DNA from: Octopus bimaculoides
Lineage: Eukaryota
Length of the DNA stretch: 63,969 bases
Assembly (NCBI RefSeq): GCF_001194135.2
Contig: NC_068987.1
Coordinates: 13,631,646-13,695,614, forward strand
Direction of reading: 5' to 3'
The notes under the pieces are model-generated. The model saw nothing but the letters and a program-made list of their open reading frames with translations. It did not search any database and was not told the DNA's origin. This document shows, one piece after another, positions 15,040-27,983 of the stretch. The position numbers and the translations under genes are program-made. How positions within the stretch are numbered: the first letter of the stretch is position 1; each line of letters starts with the position of its first letter.

Positions 15040-15199
15040 GGCACAGACATGACTGTGTGGTTAAGAAGCTTGTTTCCCAAACATGTGATCTTGGGTTCAG
15101 TCCTACTACATGACACCTTGAGCATGTGTCTTCTCTTATAGCACTGGGCCAACTAAAGCCTTGCAAGTGGATTTGGCAGACAGAAACTGCAAGAAGCCC

Positions 15200-15266
<67 letters not shown>

Positions 15267-15520
15267 ATGCGCACATGTATGTGTCCTTGTCTACACATCG
15301 CATGATGGATATAAATGAACATCATCATCATACAAGTGAGACTGTTCATTTCCAGTCTTCTGTGAAACACATCTACCTATGGGAAAATATTAACTTGCTT
15401 GGAAACAGGTGAGGATTGACAACAGAAAGGACATCCAACCATAGGAAATTTAATCTCAACAAATTTCATCCGATCCAAGCAAACACGGAATAGTCAACGT
15501 TACATATTGATGAGGAGAGC
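15040..15520 (+). mobile_element. SINE with family A head, (TG)n and an RTE-type 3' part
   Basis: Head GACTGTGTGGTTAAGAAGCTTG...GGGTTCAGTCC, then (TG)n, then GCTTGGAAACAGGTGAGG...AGAAAGGACATCCA...AACGTTA. Confidence 0.75.
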
Positions 15521-15556
15521 TACACTGCCCAATGTGTACTTCCATTCTAAGAGATA

Positions 15557-15937
15557 TACTCTTTTACTCTTACTTGTTTCAGTCATTTGACTGCAGCCAT
15601 GCTGGAGCACTGCCTTTAGTCGAGCAAATTGACCCCAGGACTTAATCTTTGTAAGCCTAGTACTTATTCTATCGGTCTATTTTGCCGAACTGCTAAGTTA
15701 CAGGGATGTAAACACACCAGCATCGGTTGTCAAGCGATGTTGGGGGGACATATACACACACATACATACATATCGACAAGCTTCTTTCAGTTTCCATCTA
15801 CCAAATCCACTCACAAGGCTTTGGTTGGCCCGAGGCTATAGTAGAAGACATTTGCCCAAGGTGCCACGCAGTGGGACTGAACCCAGAACCATGTGGTTGA
15901 TAAGCAAGCTACTTACCACACAACCACTCCTACGCCT
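15557..15937 (-). mobile_element. SINE family A, full length
   Basis: Collinear with 35584-35977 along its whole length. Confidence 0.9.
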
Positions 15938-17009
15938 ATATGGTTACTATTTCTCGATAGACATCACTCCTATGTTTTGTATTAAGGAAGAATCCTTTTA
16001 TCAAATCATAAGAAATTTTCTAAATATATAACATTCTCAAACTCTTCACATTTCCACATCTATTATCGAAGTTAAACAATTTTTTCTCTCCTTTCAGTGA
16101 AAATTAAATGTTTTGTCATTTCAAAAGAAAAATATCAGATTTTCAAAATTAATAACTTTACTAAGAAATATTCATTTGAACAAATTGTATCATTCCTAAG
16201 GTTGTAAATGTTCTAATCATAAAAGAATTCTTTTCTTTTAATGTAACCATCTGTTTTCTTTCTTTCTTTCTTTCTTTTTTTTTTTGTTTTTGCTTTATCA
16301 CATAAGTATTTTTTCTAGTATTTTTTTAATTTTTTTTTTTACAAAAACCATTCAGAAGTGTCTTAATTGCAGCTCTGTCTAATTCATGTCATCATTAAAA
16401 AAAACACAGGTTAAAAGAGTGAAAAGTATTTGAATTAGAGACAGCATAACTATTCTCAGTAGATTTAGTTTCTTTCCGATTAATTTTCAACTACAAAAAT
16501 TTAAAGACAGGTAAAAGATTGTACATGAGGTAGCATGAGCAATAATTTTGAATAAAAACATATAGACAGTAGAGGAAACTCTTTAGTTCTAGTAGCTTTC
16601 TATTTCTGGTGATATGATAAAATGCACCCTGTCCATGATAGAAAGTGGTTTGCAAATCCATCCATCCATCACCTCTCTCTCTCTCTAGAAATTAAAACAA
16701 TAACAGAGATAGGTGATTTTTTTGTGCGTATCAAATGATGAAGCAGCATGATGTTGTGCCAAGATAGACTTGTCCAAACTATAACAGCGGAGGAGAGAGA
16801 AGACAAAAGTTAAAACAATGATGATGACTGGATTAGCATTTGACACAAGTTTTATTCTCTTTCAAATGATTAACTTCAACACAATCTAGATATTAATACC
16901 AGTTTCCGGTGTACTGAACCAATGCTCCTTTTTATTTTTGTTTTCTTTCTCCTGTCTTTTACTATTACCACTTCAACTAACACATCATAATTTCCACTTC
17001 CATTGCTCC

Positions 17010-17041
<32 letters not shown>

Positions 17042-17217
17042 TGTCTGTCACTCACCATCATTTTTAGTATCACTATAACTATAAACAACCACAGTTCTCA
17101 GTTTTTACTATCAAAAACCCATGGAAATTCCATGGATTTTGCTGGTCATTCATTACAATAAAAAGCTAGGTTGAGAATATTGGATCCTTATATATATATA
17201 TATACATATATATATAT

Positions 17218-17610
17218 ACTTTTATTCTTTTGCTTGTTTCAGTCATTTGACTGCAGCCATGCTGAAGAACCACCTTTAGTTGAACAAATCGACCTCAGGA
17301 CTTATTCTTTGTAAGTCTTGTATTTATTCTATTGGTCTCTTTTGCAGAACCGTTAAGTTATGGGGATGTAAACACACCAACATCGATTGTCAAGCAATAT
17401 TAGGAGAACAAACACAAACACACAAATACATATATGTGTGTGTGCGTATACAACAGGCTTCTTTCAGTTTCCATCTACCAAATCCACTAACAAAGAATTG
17501 ATCAGCCCGAGGCTATGGCAGAAGACACTTGCCCAAGGTGCCACACAGTGGGACTGAACCTGGAACCATGTAGTTGGGAAGCAAGCTTCTTACCACACAG
17601 CCACTCCTGT
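17218..17610 (-). mobile_element. SINE family A, full length, flanked by (TA)n
   Basis: Collinear with 35584-35977. Confidence 0.9.
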
Positions 17611-17825
17611 GTATATACATATACAGGAGTGTATNNNNNNNNNNNNNNNNNNNNNNNNNNNNNNNNNNNNNNNNNNNNNNNNNNNNNNNNNNNNNNNNNN
17701 NNNNNNNNNNNNNNNNNNNNNNNNNNNNNNNNNNNNNNNNNNNNNNNNNNNNNNNNNNNNNNNNNNNNNNNNNNNNNNNNNNNNNNNNNNNNNNNNNNNN
17801 NNNNNNNNNNNNNNNNNNNNNNNNN

Positions 17826-18654
17826 CAGATATATTTACCAACATTACATGAAAATATCTTCAAATACTAAAGAGTACATTTATTCAATTAAATTGCCATT
17901 GGCTTCAACCATGGCCTCCAGACGACTTTAGAATCTCCTGCAACTCTTCTGGACAGGCTCCTTGTTTAAGTTAGTGAACGCTGCCATAATCCTTGCCTTC
18001 AGTTCATCTTTGGTGTTATAAGGAGTTTTGTTGGTCTCTCACTCAACTGCACCCCACACATAATAATCAAGGGGGTTNNNNNNNNNNCTCAACTGCACCC
18101 CACACATAATAATCAAGGGGGTTGCAGTCTGGGGAGTTAGGTGGCCAGATGTTAGGGGTGATGTGGTCGCAGAAATTGTCTGAAATGAAAGCCATGACTG
18201 GGTTCTCCTGCTAGGTGCAGAGTTCTGTTGCCAGACATAGGGTCTTCTAGCAACCACCCTCTTCACCCAGGGCAGCACTACCTCCTCCAGGTATTTGATG
18301 CAGGCCTGTGTGCAGAGTCAGAGGCTGTGTGGGGAAAATGAATGGAGGCATAACGTCACCATCCTGAGTGATCATTCCAAACACCATGATGTTGACTGGA
18401 TGTTTGATTTTATCACTCTCAGTATGTCCTCAGATTGACACCCAAATACTCTGAAATGTTTGTATAGGAGCTTCCAGTGTGAATACCAAGCAGTACAGCA
18501 TGTTGTTTCTAAATTTTTGGCAGAATGAGTTACGTCATGGTGCTGTTTTTCTCACAGACAGTGCCCAACTGACCCTATTATATCTTGTGGTCGATAAAAT
18601 CAAAAGCAAACAATGCACATGCATGAAATTAGAAATATTTACCCATCACACCCC

Positions 18655-18655
<1 letters not shown>
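17826..18655 (-). mobile_element. Internally deleted Tc1/mariner transposon, maT (DD37D)-like
   Basis: Frameshifted minus-strand translation: KHPVNIMVFGMITQDGDVMPPFIF...VLPWVKRVVARRPYVWQQNSAPSRRTQSWLS/DNFCDHITPNIWPPNSPDCNPLDYYVWGAVERETNKTPYNTKDELKARIMAAFTNLNKEPVQKSC..., stop at 17880-17882. Right end AAATATTTACCCATCACACCCCA followed by (TA)n; left end runs into a gap. Confidence 0.9.
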
Positions 18656-18687
<32 letters not shown>

Positions 18688-21600
18688 GGGCATTACTTTT
18701 ACACTTAAGTTTTGTGAAAGTTATCAAAAATCAACATAATCTTCAATGTTCAAAGGTTGTCTTAGATTAATGACAGAAAGTACCTGTGGGATGAAGTGGT
18801 TTCCTCAGACATAGTCTTAGGTACAAAGTGATGCAAGGTTAAGATTCACAGAAAGATGTGGTACCGCAGACGCATTTAACATGTAACCAGCATCAAAATC
18901 CAGGATAAAGCCATTTGATGAAAATTGATGATGATGATAATGAATGGTAACAGTGACAACAGACAACAATGTCCTCATTAAATAGAAAATTAAACTTGAA
19001 AGTGTACACAATGTTTTGCAGAATGATTACAGGAAATCTAATTTAATATGAGTGGAAAACATATGTACAATGTCTGAAGACAAATATAATTTCCACCACC
19101 ACCGCCCTCACTAGTACTAGTCACAGCAATCTCCACCAAAGACAAAAATCCTTAACATAAAACCCTTTCTCATTCCTAGGTAACAGTAATTGTGAGAAGA
19201 CTAAGGAGGATTTCTGGGGGGTTATTGATACACACAATTAACAAACCTGCAGACATTGTGGCAACTAATAGCTTCCTATTTCAAATCTTCCGTGTTCTAT
19301 TTTTAAACCCCAATGTACATCGAGTGAAAGTAAATGATATCATAAGGGTGGGGCGGGTATAGAGGAAAAGCCATCAAAATTTTACATGTGATGTTGTTGG
19401 TGAATGCTTCATTGAAACTCCATGATCAAAGAATGGAAACAGGAAATATGAGATAAAATACAACTGAGTTGTTGTCGTATGAAACATCTAAGAGAATTCA
19501 GAACGACTAATATCCTGTAATAAAAATAATAAGTGTATACCCAACCTCCAAAGATAAAAATTATCACAACTGCTGCCATGCTCTCGTGATTCCCTAGTGT
19601 TGAAAAGAATATCTATAAACTAATTTGAATATGAAGAGGCTTGAGATAAATTTCTTTCTAAAGTAAATATAAAGGAATTGTGAAATATTGATATTATATC
19701 AACAGCCTTTAATTTTCTTTCATCAATAAGATTCAAGAAAATTATGGAGCAATAAATATTTAAAAATAAAAAGAAAAAAGATACAGTAAAACATTTAAAT
19801 ATGAAGGTGAAAATAAAAATTCATTTTCCTCTTCATATGCAATGGAGAAATGAGAAAAGCTCAGATATAGGCATGCTGGTAATAAATACCTGCAGCATTT
19901 CATCTTATCCCCTTTCATAAAACAACCATACTAACATTTTATAAATGAACCACCTTTTTACCCTCAATGGGGTTAGCCAGTTACTATCCTATACTTTCTT
20001 ACCATCAAGCTGACAATAAACAGCTCATTCCCCAGTTTTGCTTTTGTTCTTTTTTGTTGGTTCTTTTATTTTTCCCCTTATTTTTTTTTTCCCCCCTTCC
20101 ATCTTTGTTGACCATTTAAAATGTTCTGAAGCAGAACATATTTCTGATACACAAGCACACAAACTGTGTACTTTTTTTAAAAAAGAAAAACTCTTTCTTG
20201 CAATTACTAATCAAGCACAGGCATGACTATGAGGTTAAGAAGCTTGCTTTGCAACCACGCGGTTCCAAGTTCAGTCCCACTGTGCAGTACCTTGGGCAAA
20301 TGTCTTCTTTAGCCTCAGGCTGACCAATGCCTTGTGAGTGAATGTGGTAGACAGAAATTGTGTTCTTGAGAAAAACACTTTCATCTCACATTGTTTCAAT
20401 CAATCCAATCAGCTGTAAAGGAGTTCTAGCAAAAACCAGGAAGTTAACCTTTCAATGACAGGTGCTCCTTTCAGAAAGGAGTGTTGAAACCAGGTTAAGG
20501 CTCCAGCCTTATTAGTTCTAGGGCTCCTGATAGACTTTGGCTAAGCTAAGAGATTACAAAAAGAACAACCAGTTTTGTGAGCTGATGGATATAGCATGTT
20601 GGTTAGTGAATCTTTGCCAATCAGTAAAAACATCCTTTTTAACTGGGGTTAGGCCCTACATGGCCTACAAAGAGCTAGCAAGTGATAAGGAATGGGGCTG
20701 ACAAAGGAGGCTTTTGAGATACAATTTTAGTAACGTTATATTTAAAATGATCACCATGGGTAAACATCAAAATTGAAGTGACTGCCATTTCTAGCAAACA
20801 CCAAGGTCTTTAATCGTGAAATGTTCAGGTGTAAGGTTGGCATGATGCAAATCTGTTCTTTTGATGTTTAGGGATGGTGCCTTGGTATTGTTCAAGTTGA
20901 CTAGATTGTTAAAATACAAGTGTGATGTGAAGTGTCTGGAGTGTGTGCAGACAAACCCTCAGTGCATAGGCTTAATGAATAATAAAGGGGAGTAGAAATG
21001 TATAGATAAAAACAAAATCCTGGCAATTTTTATAACCATGTTTCCTCAGTAGCTCTAGTAAATTTTTATGTCTCAAATTATACACGTCATTTAAAAATTC
21101 ATTCAACAAACCATCACCATAAGGGCTATGGGAAAAGGGAAGTTGAAAACAGTTACAGTGAACTTTAGTTTCACAAATGAAAATTAAATTTTAAAATTTC
21201 CTTTTTTTTTTTTTTTTTTTAATATGCTATTAATTTTGACTCCTAGCAACCCAACATGCAAGAGAGCTCTGATGTGTCTCTCTGCCAACCCTCAAATATA
21301 TTTTCATTTTTATTGCCTACTAAAGGCAGTGAGCCAGCAGGATCATTACAGCTTCAAGAGTGGGGTAGGGGTATGCTTTGTGGCATTTGTTCTGGATCAT
21401 ATCATTCTGAGTTCAAATCCCACTATGATCAAATGTGTCCGTCAGCCCTCCAGGGTTGATAAATTCAAGCACCTGTCAAGTACTGGGAGTCAATAGCACC
21501 AACTAGTCCCATTCCCCTCAAAATTGCTAACCTTGTACCTAAATCAGAAACCATTATTATTGTTTACTAAAAACACAGAAGCAGTTGAAATATTAAACAG

Positions 21601-22019
21601 GGTCTGGATGCTGCCTTTTCTAAATGTATACATACCATACACCTTTAAAATAATCTCTAGCTCATTTGTACTCTATTCAGTAAGGTTAAATAAATCTAGA
21701 GTAAACTGTGAAAAGAATTAGGAATTTCATGATGCTAATTTCAATTGAATTCATATCTATGATCTTTGGCATTAAATTAAAATCCAACTTAAGACTGCTC
21801 AACTGCAAACCAATAGGTCTGGCAAAATAATTTGTGGTTAAGTGACCAAGATAATTTGGTGATGGTGGGACCTACCTACTGCTCACAATTATGTCAAGAA
21901 AAAGGTGATGAAAAAAGACTTGTACAACATTGTCACCTTCAAAAATGAAATAGTTTAACCCTTTCCTGACATTCATTTCTAATTACACTGGTTATGTATT
22001 TGAATTAGCTTTTAAAATA

Positions 22020-22385
22020 GGCACAGGTATGGCTGGGAAATTAAGAGGTTTGGTTTGCAACTTCATGGTCTGTGATTCAGTCCTACTGTGTAGCACCTTG
22101 GGTTAAGTGTCTTCTATTATAGCCCAGGGTTGACCACTGCTCTGTGAGTGAATTTAGTAGACAGAAACTGCTGAAACTTGTTGCATGTAGGTGTGTGTGA
22201 TTTTGTGTTTGTCCCCTTGACAATTTGTGTTAGATTGTTCACGTTCTCATGACTTAACAGTTCAGCAACAGAAACTGATAAAATAAGTACCAGGCTGTAA
22301 AAGAAAAAGTATTAGTGTTGAACTGTTTGGCTAAACCCTTCACGGTGGTGTGCCAGCATAGCTGCAGTCCAATGATTCTAACATG
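22020..22385 (+). mobile_element. SINE family A, diverged
   Basis: GGCACAGGTATGGCTG...CACCTTGGGTTAAGTGTCTTC...AATAAGTACCAGGCT...GCAGTCCAATGA. Confidence 0.8.
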
Positions 22386-23283
22386 TAAAAGGTAAATAAT
22401 TGAAAATTTGGGGGCAGTTAGTAAAATAACTACACTTTTGAATTATTAAATTGATATTTGGAACTTAAGAAAATACTCCCATATAAAATTTGGATAGTTT
22501 TAACTTAGGAATGCTATGGAATGAGTAGAACAAGAAGTAGTCTCTTAGGCAGATTGATATCAAACCAATAAACTCAGAATATTTATATGTAGCCAAAGAA
22601 GGATTAATATCTCACTATTCTGATTCAATATTACCAATGATTGAACAGCTGTTACAGATAAAAAGGAAAATAGTCAATAGATATAAAACATTATAGTAAA
22701 CTATTGGGATCGTTTCTACGCAAAGCTTCAATAAAATTGTTGTTTCATGTCCATAAATGAGAATTTCAAAGAAAACTAAATAGAATAATGTAGTTAAATT
22801 TATTTGAAAATTAATCATTACTTTGTTTAAAGGAATAGTTAACATCAAATAATTTACATCAAGAGAGACAGAGCAGACAGGAGATAACATTTATTTGAAT
22901 AATAAATAATGATAATTATCTCTTCAACTACGATTACATCATTTTAGACTGAGGCTGTCATAAAGGTTAGGTCACTGTACCCTGAAAACTTTGATATCTT
23001 GCAAGCATTAGAAGCAGAATTAATCCTAACTAGCAATCATGAACATAGCTGGTGAAACTTGTAACTGGCGTTCAAAAGAAAATGAACAAGCATAGATACA
23101 ATGATCATTTACAAAGAAAAATTTCTGCTTTTATTTCCTACACTGTAAGCAAAAGGAAAGCTATGATGCTCTGAAGTGCCAGACATGCCAAGTAGAAAAG
23201 TTAAGCCTTCATTTTGAATTGCTTTGTAGAATTAAATTACAACTTCTTTACATAAAACAATCATGCTATTTATACATGTTTAA

Positions 23284-23504
23284 CCCCTTAGCATTTAAAC
23301 CAGCCATATCCAGCCAAAATATTCTGCCTGTTTTAAGTTCAAACTGGCCGGATCCAGCCTCTCATACCTATCCTACAATGTTATTCTAAGAATAAAACAA
23401 TCTCATCATTGAGATCTCAAAGCTATGAAATAATGCATGATCAATTCAAAACAATTTGAATAAATATGCATCGATTTTGACAGAATAATATGAATACTAA
23501 AAGG
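23284..23504. mobile_element. TTAA-flanked MITE (piggyBac-like), family 1
   Basis: TTAA|CCCCTTAGCATT ... AATACTAAAAGG|TTAA. A related, oppositely oriented copy lies at 34390-34612. Confidence 0.7.
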
Positions 23505-26297
23505 TTAATCATTGTTGTCATTGTTGCCACCATTGTCATCATTATTGTCTTAATGTTTATATTTCCACACTTACAAGGTCCAGATGAAATTCGTTGGGGC
23601 AGATTTTATACAGCCAGGTACTTTTCCTGTTGCCAACATTTCCACTGTTTCCAAGCAAGGTAATATTGCCCCCAAGTCCTCTGAACATGAACAGTAGAAT
23701 AACTGGACATATATTTCCAGAAAATTGCAAGCAAATGACACTGCTTGTTCGACTGTGGGTTTTGTTTACAAATACAGCACAATTTAAGAACAAGGATATG
23801 CGCACACATGCGTGCGCACACACACACACACACACGCACAAACACACATAATTTCTTATATTTCTGTCCACCAAACCCACTCACAAGGCTTTGGTTAGTC
23901 CGGGGCTATAGCAGATGGCACTTGCTCAAAATATCAGAGGTACTAAACACTATTACATGGCTGGGGAACCAAACTTTTTAACTGTGTAACCATGCCTGTA
24001 CCCTGATGTAATAAAACAATATTTAACATATTTATGAAAACTGGAGAAACACTGAAAAAAAGGGTTGANNNNNNNNNNNNNNNNNNNNNNNNNNNNNNNN
24101 NNNNNNNNNNNNNNNNNNNNNNNNNNNNNNNNNNNNNNNNNNNNNNNNNNNNNNNNNNNNNNNNNNNNNNNNNNNNNNNNNNNNNNNNNNNNNNNNNNNN
24201 NNNNNNNNNNNNNNNNNNNNNNNNNNNNNNNNNNNNNNNNNNNNNNNNNNNNNNNNNNNNNNNNNNNNNNNNNNNNNNNNNNNNNNNNNNNNNNNNNNNN
24301 NNNNNNNNNNNNNNNNNNNNNNNNNNNNNNNNNNNNNNNNNNNNNNNNNNNNNNNNNNNNNNNNNNNNNNNNNNNNNNNNNNNNNNNNNNNNNNNNNNNN
24401 NNNNNNNNNNNNNNNNNNNNNNNNNNNNNNNNNNNNNNNNNNNNNNNNNNNNNNNNNNNNNNNNNNNNNNNNNNNNNNNNNNNNNNNNNNNNNNNNNNNN
24501 NNNNNNNNNNNNNNNNNNNNNNNNNNNACAATATTTAACATATTTATGAAAACTGGAGAAACACTGAAAAAAAGGGTTGAACTCAATTAAAAAAACCCAA
24601 AGTTTTGAAGCCTCCTGCAGCACAAGTTGGTTCTGTTTTCATACCAATAAAACAAAAATTCTAAATGATTGCATGAGTATTATCTATTGTTGGAGGAATA
24701 TAGAAGGGAGTGGTGCTTAAGAAGGAATGGGATTCATGAGCTTGCAGCGGGGAAACAGCTACAAAAAGAAGGTTCTTCAGAAGAACAATCTTTCAAGATG
24801 AAAAATTTAGAAATTCCGGTTAAAACCCAAAGAAAAGGACACAATAGAAAATGTACATGTAATATTTTGTAGCCTCCCTAATTAGCTCAACTCTAGGATA
24901 GCATTGTAATCTTCAGGGATTACCAGGACTTCCATGTTTCTGCAGACGTTCATCCAAACACATATTATTGCATGTAGCTTCTGTGCTCATCGCTCACCTA
25001 TACAGGAGAGAGAGAGAGATAGGAAGGTGGAACATAGATGTAATATTCTGTAACCTTCCTAATTAACACATGTAACAAACAATATAGCAGAACATCACTG
25101 GAAGATATGAACTTATACCTATATACTGCCAAGAAACAAAAGATCAAATATTCATTGAAGAAACGGGGCAGCTCATATTGTGCTATCTTGTACTTCCTCT
25201 TATCTGGCTTATTGCCACTGAAAACAAATGAGTTCGGCAGGTTTTACTGCATTTTATGACCAAAAGCAATACAACATTCTGCTTTGGCTATTTCTTTATC
25301 ACTGCTACTTAACAGATAACAGATGAACTTCCTCCTTTCTTTTGTGTGTCTGTATGTGAGAGAGAAATTAAAATGTAAAATGGTCTAAAGTATAGCCAAA
25401 TCTTACTCATGATAAAACAGCATCAAATGCATTAGAAGCCAATATTTTGTTCTTGTTGTTGCTCTTTTTAACCATGTAAAAGAAAACAAAGGTGATATAT
25501 AACAATGTAACTTAATTAGACACATTCAAGGCCACAAATTCATAGAAATAAAAATAAGGTGGCACTGGCATCAACCATGCTCGAATGGTGCATTTTTAAA
25601 TGCCACCAGCACAGGAGCCAGTCAGGCAGCACTGCACAGGAGCCAGTCAGTGGATATAATTAAGCAAGCAATATCAACTTTTCTCAGTACAGATCTGGAG
25701 AAGGTTGACCAAAATGTCTAAGACATGCCACTAACAATAGTGTTCGCAGTAGAATAAATAAGACAAGTACAGATATCTAAGAACAGCTTATTTAAAATCA
25801 AAATCAATGAAATTCACAACACCAACNNNNNNNNNNNNNNNNNNNNNNNNNNNNNNNNNNNNNNNNNNNNNNNNNNNNNNNNNNNNNNNNNNNNNNNNNN
25901 NNNNNNNNNNNNNNNNNNNNNNNNNNNNNNNNNNNNNNNNNNNNNNNNNNNNNNNNNNNNNNNNNNNNNNNNNNNNNNNNNNNNNNNNNNNNNNNNNNNN
26001 NNNNNNNNNNNNNNNNNNNNNNNNNNNNNNNNNNNNNNNNNNNNNNNNNNNNNNNNNNNNNNNNNNNNNNNNNNNNNTATCTAAGAACAGCTTATTTAAA
26101 ATCAAAATCAATGAAATTCACAACACCAACAAGGAGGCCCTATTGTTCAAACATGAGATGTATTAATGAGGAAGAGTTTTGATTAAAGTATTTTGCAAAT
26201 CTTTAGACAGTATCACTACTGAAGTTGTTGTACTACAATAAACTTAAAAATTGGCTGACAATAACACATAAAAAAAAAAAAATCATTGCCCTATACT

Positions 26298-26523
26298 ACA
26301 GATGGCACCCATGCTCAAAGGGGCAAGAAAAATGGGTGTTAAAATTGATGGGAACATAACAACTCAGTAATGTTACTGATGCATTTTGAAAATTTAGTTG
26401 CCAAGAAATGTTTCACCTGTTTTAAATGAAACAGTGAAGCCAGTAAAAAATATATCAGCATTATCAAAGCTAATGCTAAATATGAGCATCTCTTTAAACA
26501 GTTTTGTGAGTGTCAAGACGAAA
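26298..26523 (+). pseudogene. hAT transposase relic, Buster/Charlie (ZBED5/SCAND3-like)
   Basis: Frameshifted translation TDGTHAQRGKKNGC*...ENLVAK/NVSPVLNETVKPVK/ISIIKANAKYEHLFKQFCECQD matches the family pattern TDGAPAMxGKxxG...HCxIHRENLxAK...VxxINxIKANAxxxRLFxxFC. Confidence 0.8.
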
Positions 26524-27462
26524 CCCAAGGATGAGGGGTTAGTTAAGGCTATTTTTAAAATAAAAGGAATCGTGATGGGGCTCTGTGATGAGACAAAAAT
26601 TAAATGCCCACGTTCAGCTGGTTTTGGAGAGACAGGATAATTCGTAACCGTTCTCACCTTAATGTTTAGTAGAATGTAGTTTGGTGCTTTAAGTGACTTG
26701 CTAGAAGGGGGGGGGGGGTACAATTCAATTAGATATCACAAAATAAGGAGATTTAAGACAGAAGCTAAGCACTTGAAATCAAAACTATTTATAATAAACA
26801 TCAAGCTGAAGAATCTCACTAGCCTGAGATGATCAAATTTTGAATTTGTTATATTTTTTCACCAAATATTACTTGAAAACCAACTTGAAAACAAATAGGA
26901 ATTGATGCAACATACTGCTTCAAGAAGCTTCACTTAATCCATCATAGTATGGAAGAAGCAGGCATAAAATCAACAAAGATGGTCAGTGAGGAGAGGGGCT
27001 ATTATACATGATTGTGTGTAAAAAAAAAAAAAGTTAATCAGTAAAAAAAAAAAAAAAAAATTAATGCCTTCAAGGAAAAAATTAATTATGGTGTTTGCTC
27101 TGTCCAAGTTGCATAGAGATTCCCTTCTCACTCTCATTAACAGAAATATTTTAAGTTTATGATTGGCTCCTTGAAAACTAGTTGCCAATGATGTTTTAAT
27201 TCACAGAATGAAAAATGAAAAATCAATAAATGTCACAAAGTTAAGTTTGTTTACTTCTTGTTCATTTCTTTTTTTTTATGGTTAATTAATATAGATCAAT
27301 ATATTTCATTTTGTTATAATAAATCTGATTATTAAAGATTTACATCATAGACATGCTATCCTGCAATATTTTTGAAAGACAAGCTGAAATTAAAAAAACA
27401 ACAACAAATTGACAAGTTGCAGAGTACAAATTATGAAAACATAAGTTTGTTATTAAACTTAC

Positions 27463-27564
27463 TCTAGTGTTATTTCGTTCTGCTTTCAATTCTGATATTT
27501 CTTCCTCCCTTTCTAATAGCTGTTCTCGAGCAGCACTCAATTCTTTAGTAATAGTAGCAAATTC
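27463..27564 (-). CDS. PPFIA: Liprin-alpha internal coding exon (coiled-coil), 102 nt, phase 0/0, spliced upstream of the 9065-9229 exon
   Basis: Translates to [34 protein letters not shown] (human recalled as [34 protein letters not shown]). Acceptor TTTCTTGCATTTTCAG, donor AGA|GTAAGT. Joins in frame to LLLEHL... Confidence 0.97.
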
Positions 27565-27950
27565 CTGAAAATGCAAGAAAGATTCCATCAGTGAATTTCA
27601 ATTTCCATATTTTTAAAATAATTGAAATGATTATGATTAAAACATTCACAAAAACTATGTATAAGCAAAGAGGAAAACTGTTTTGTAGAAACATTGCCAT
27701 CAATGCCACAAAAGAAACAAACATTGACAATATAAGAGGAGAATGTTGATAAACAATACTAAATTATTTCTATAATTTTCTCCTATCTGTTTTAATGAAG
27801 CAAAAACAAAAACGAAAAATTATATCAAAACAACTAATAAAAGTTCCATTAGGTTAATTACATCTAATATGATTTTTCAATTAATACAATTAATATATTT
27901 ATAACAATATAAATATACTGGCAGTAAAAATGTGCATGCATGCATACACA

Positions 27951-27983
<33 letters not shown>

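Noticed and set aside
14933-15412. ORFs with HTHTHT, CVCVCV or YIYIYI tracts (many across the window)
   Set aside because: Translations of (CA)n/(TG)n/(TA)n microsatellites and SINE bodies.
18780-18815. CCA CAG|GTACTT resembling the ...PQ end of the canonical first coding exon
   Set aside because: In-frame TGA six codons upstream of the final CAG, and it lies downstream of the exon it would need to precede.
24016-24580. Identical 53-nt sequence on both sides of an N gap (24016-24068 and 24528-24580); the same at 25774-25826 / 26078-26130, and 36 nt at 18042-18077 / 18088-18123
   Set aside because: Exact identity, equal length at two gaps and position at contig ends indicate unmerged assembly overlaps, not biological direct repeats or TSDs.
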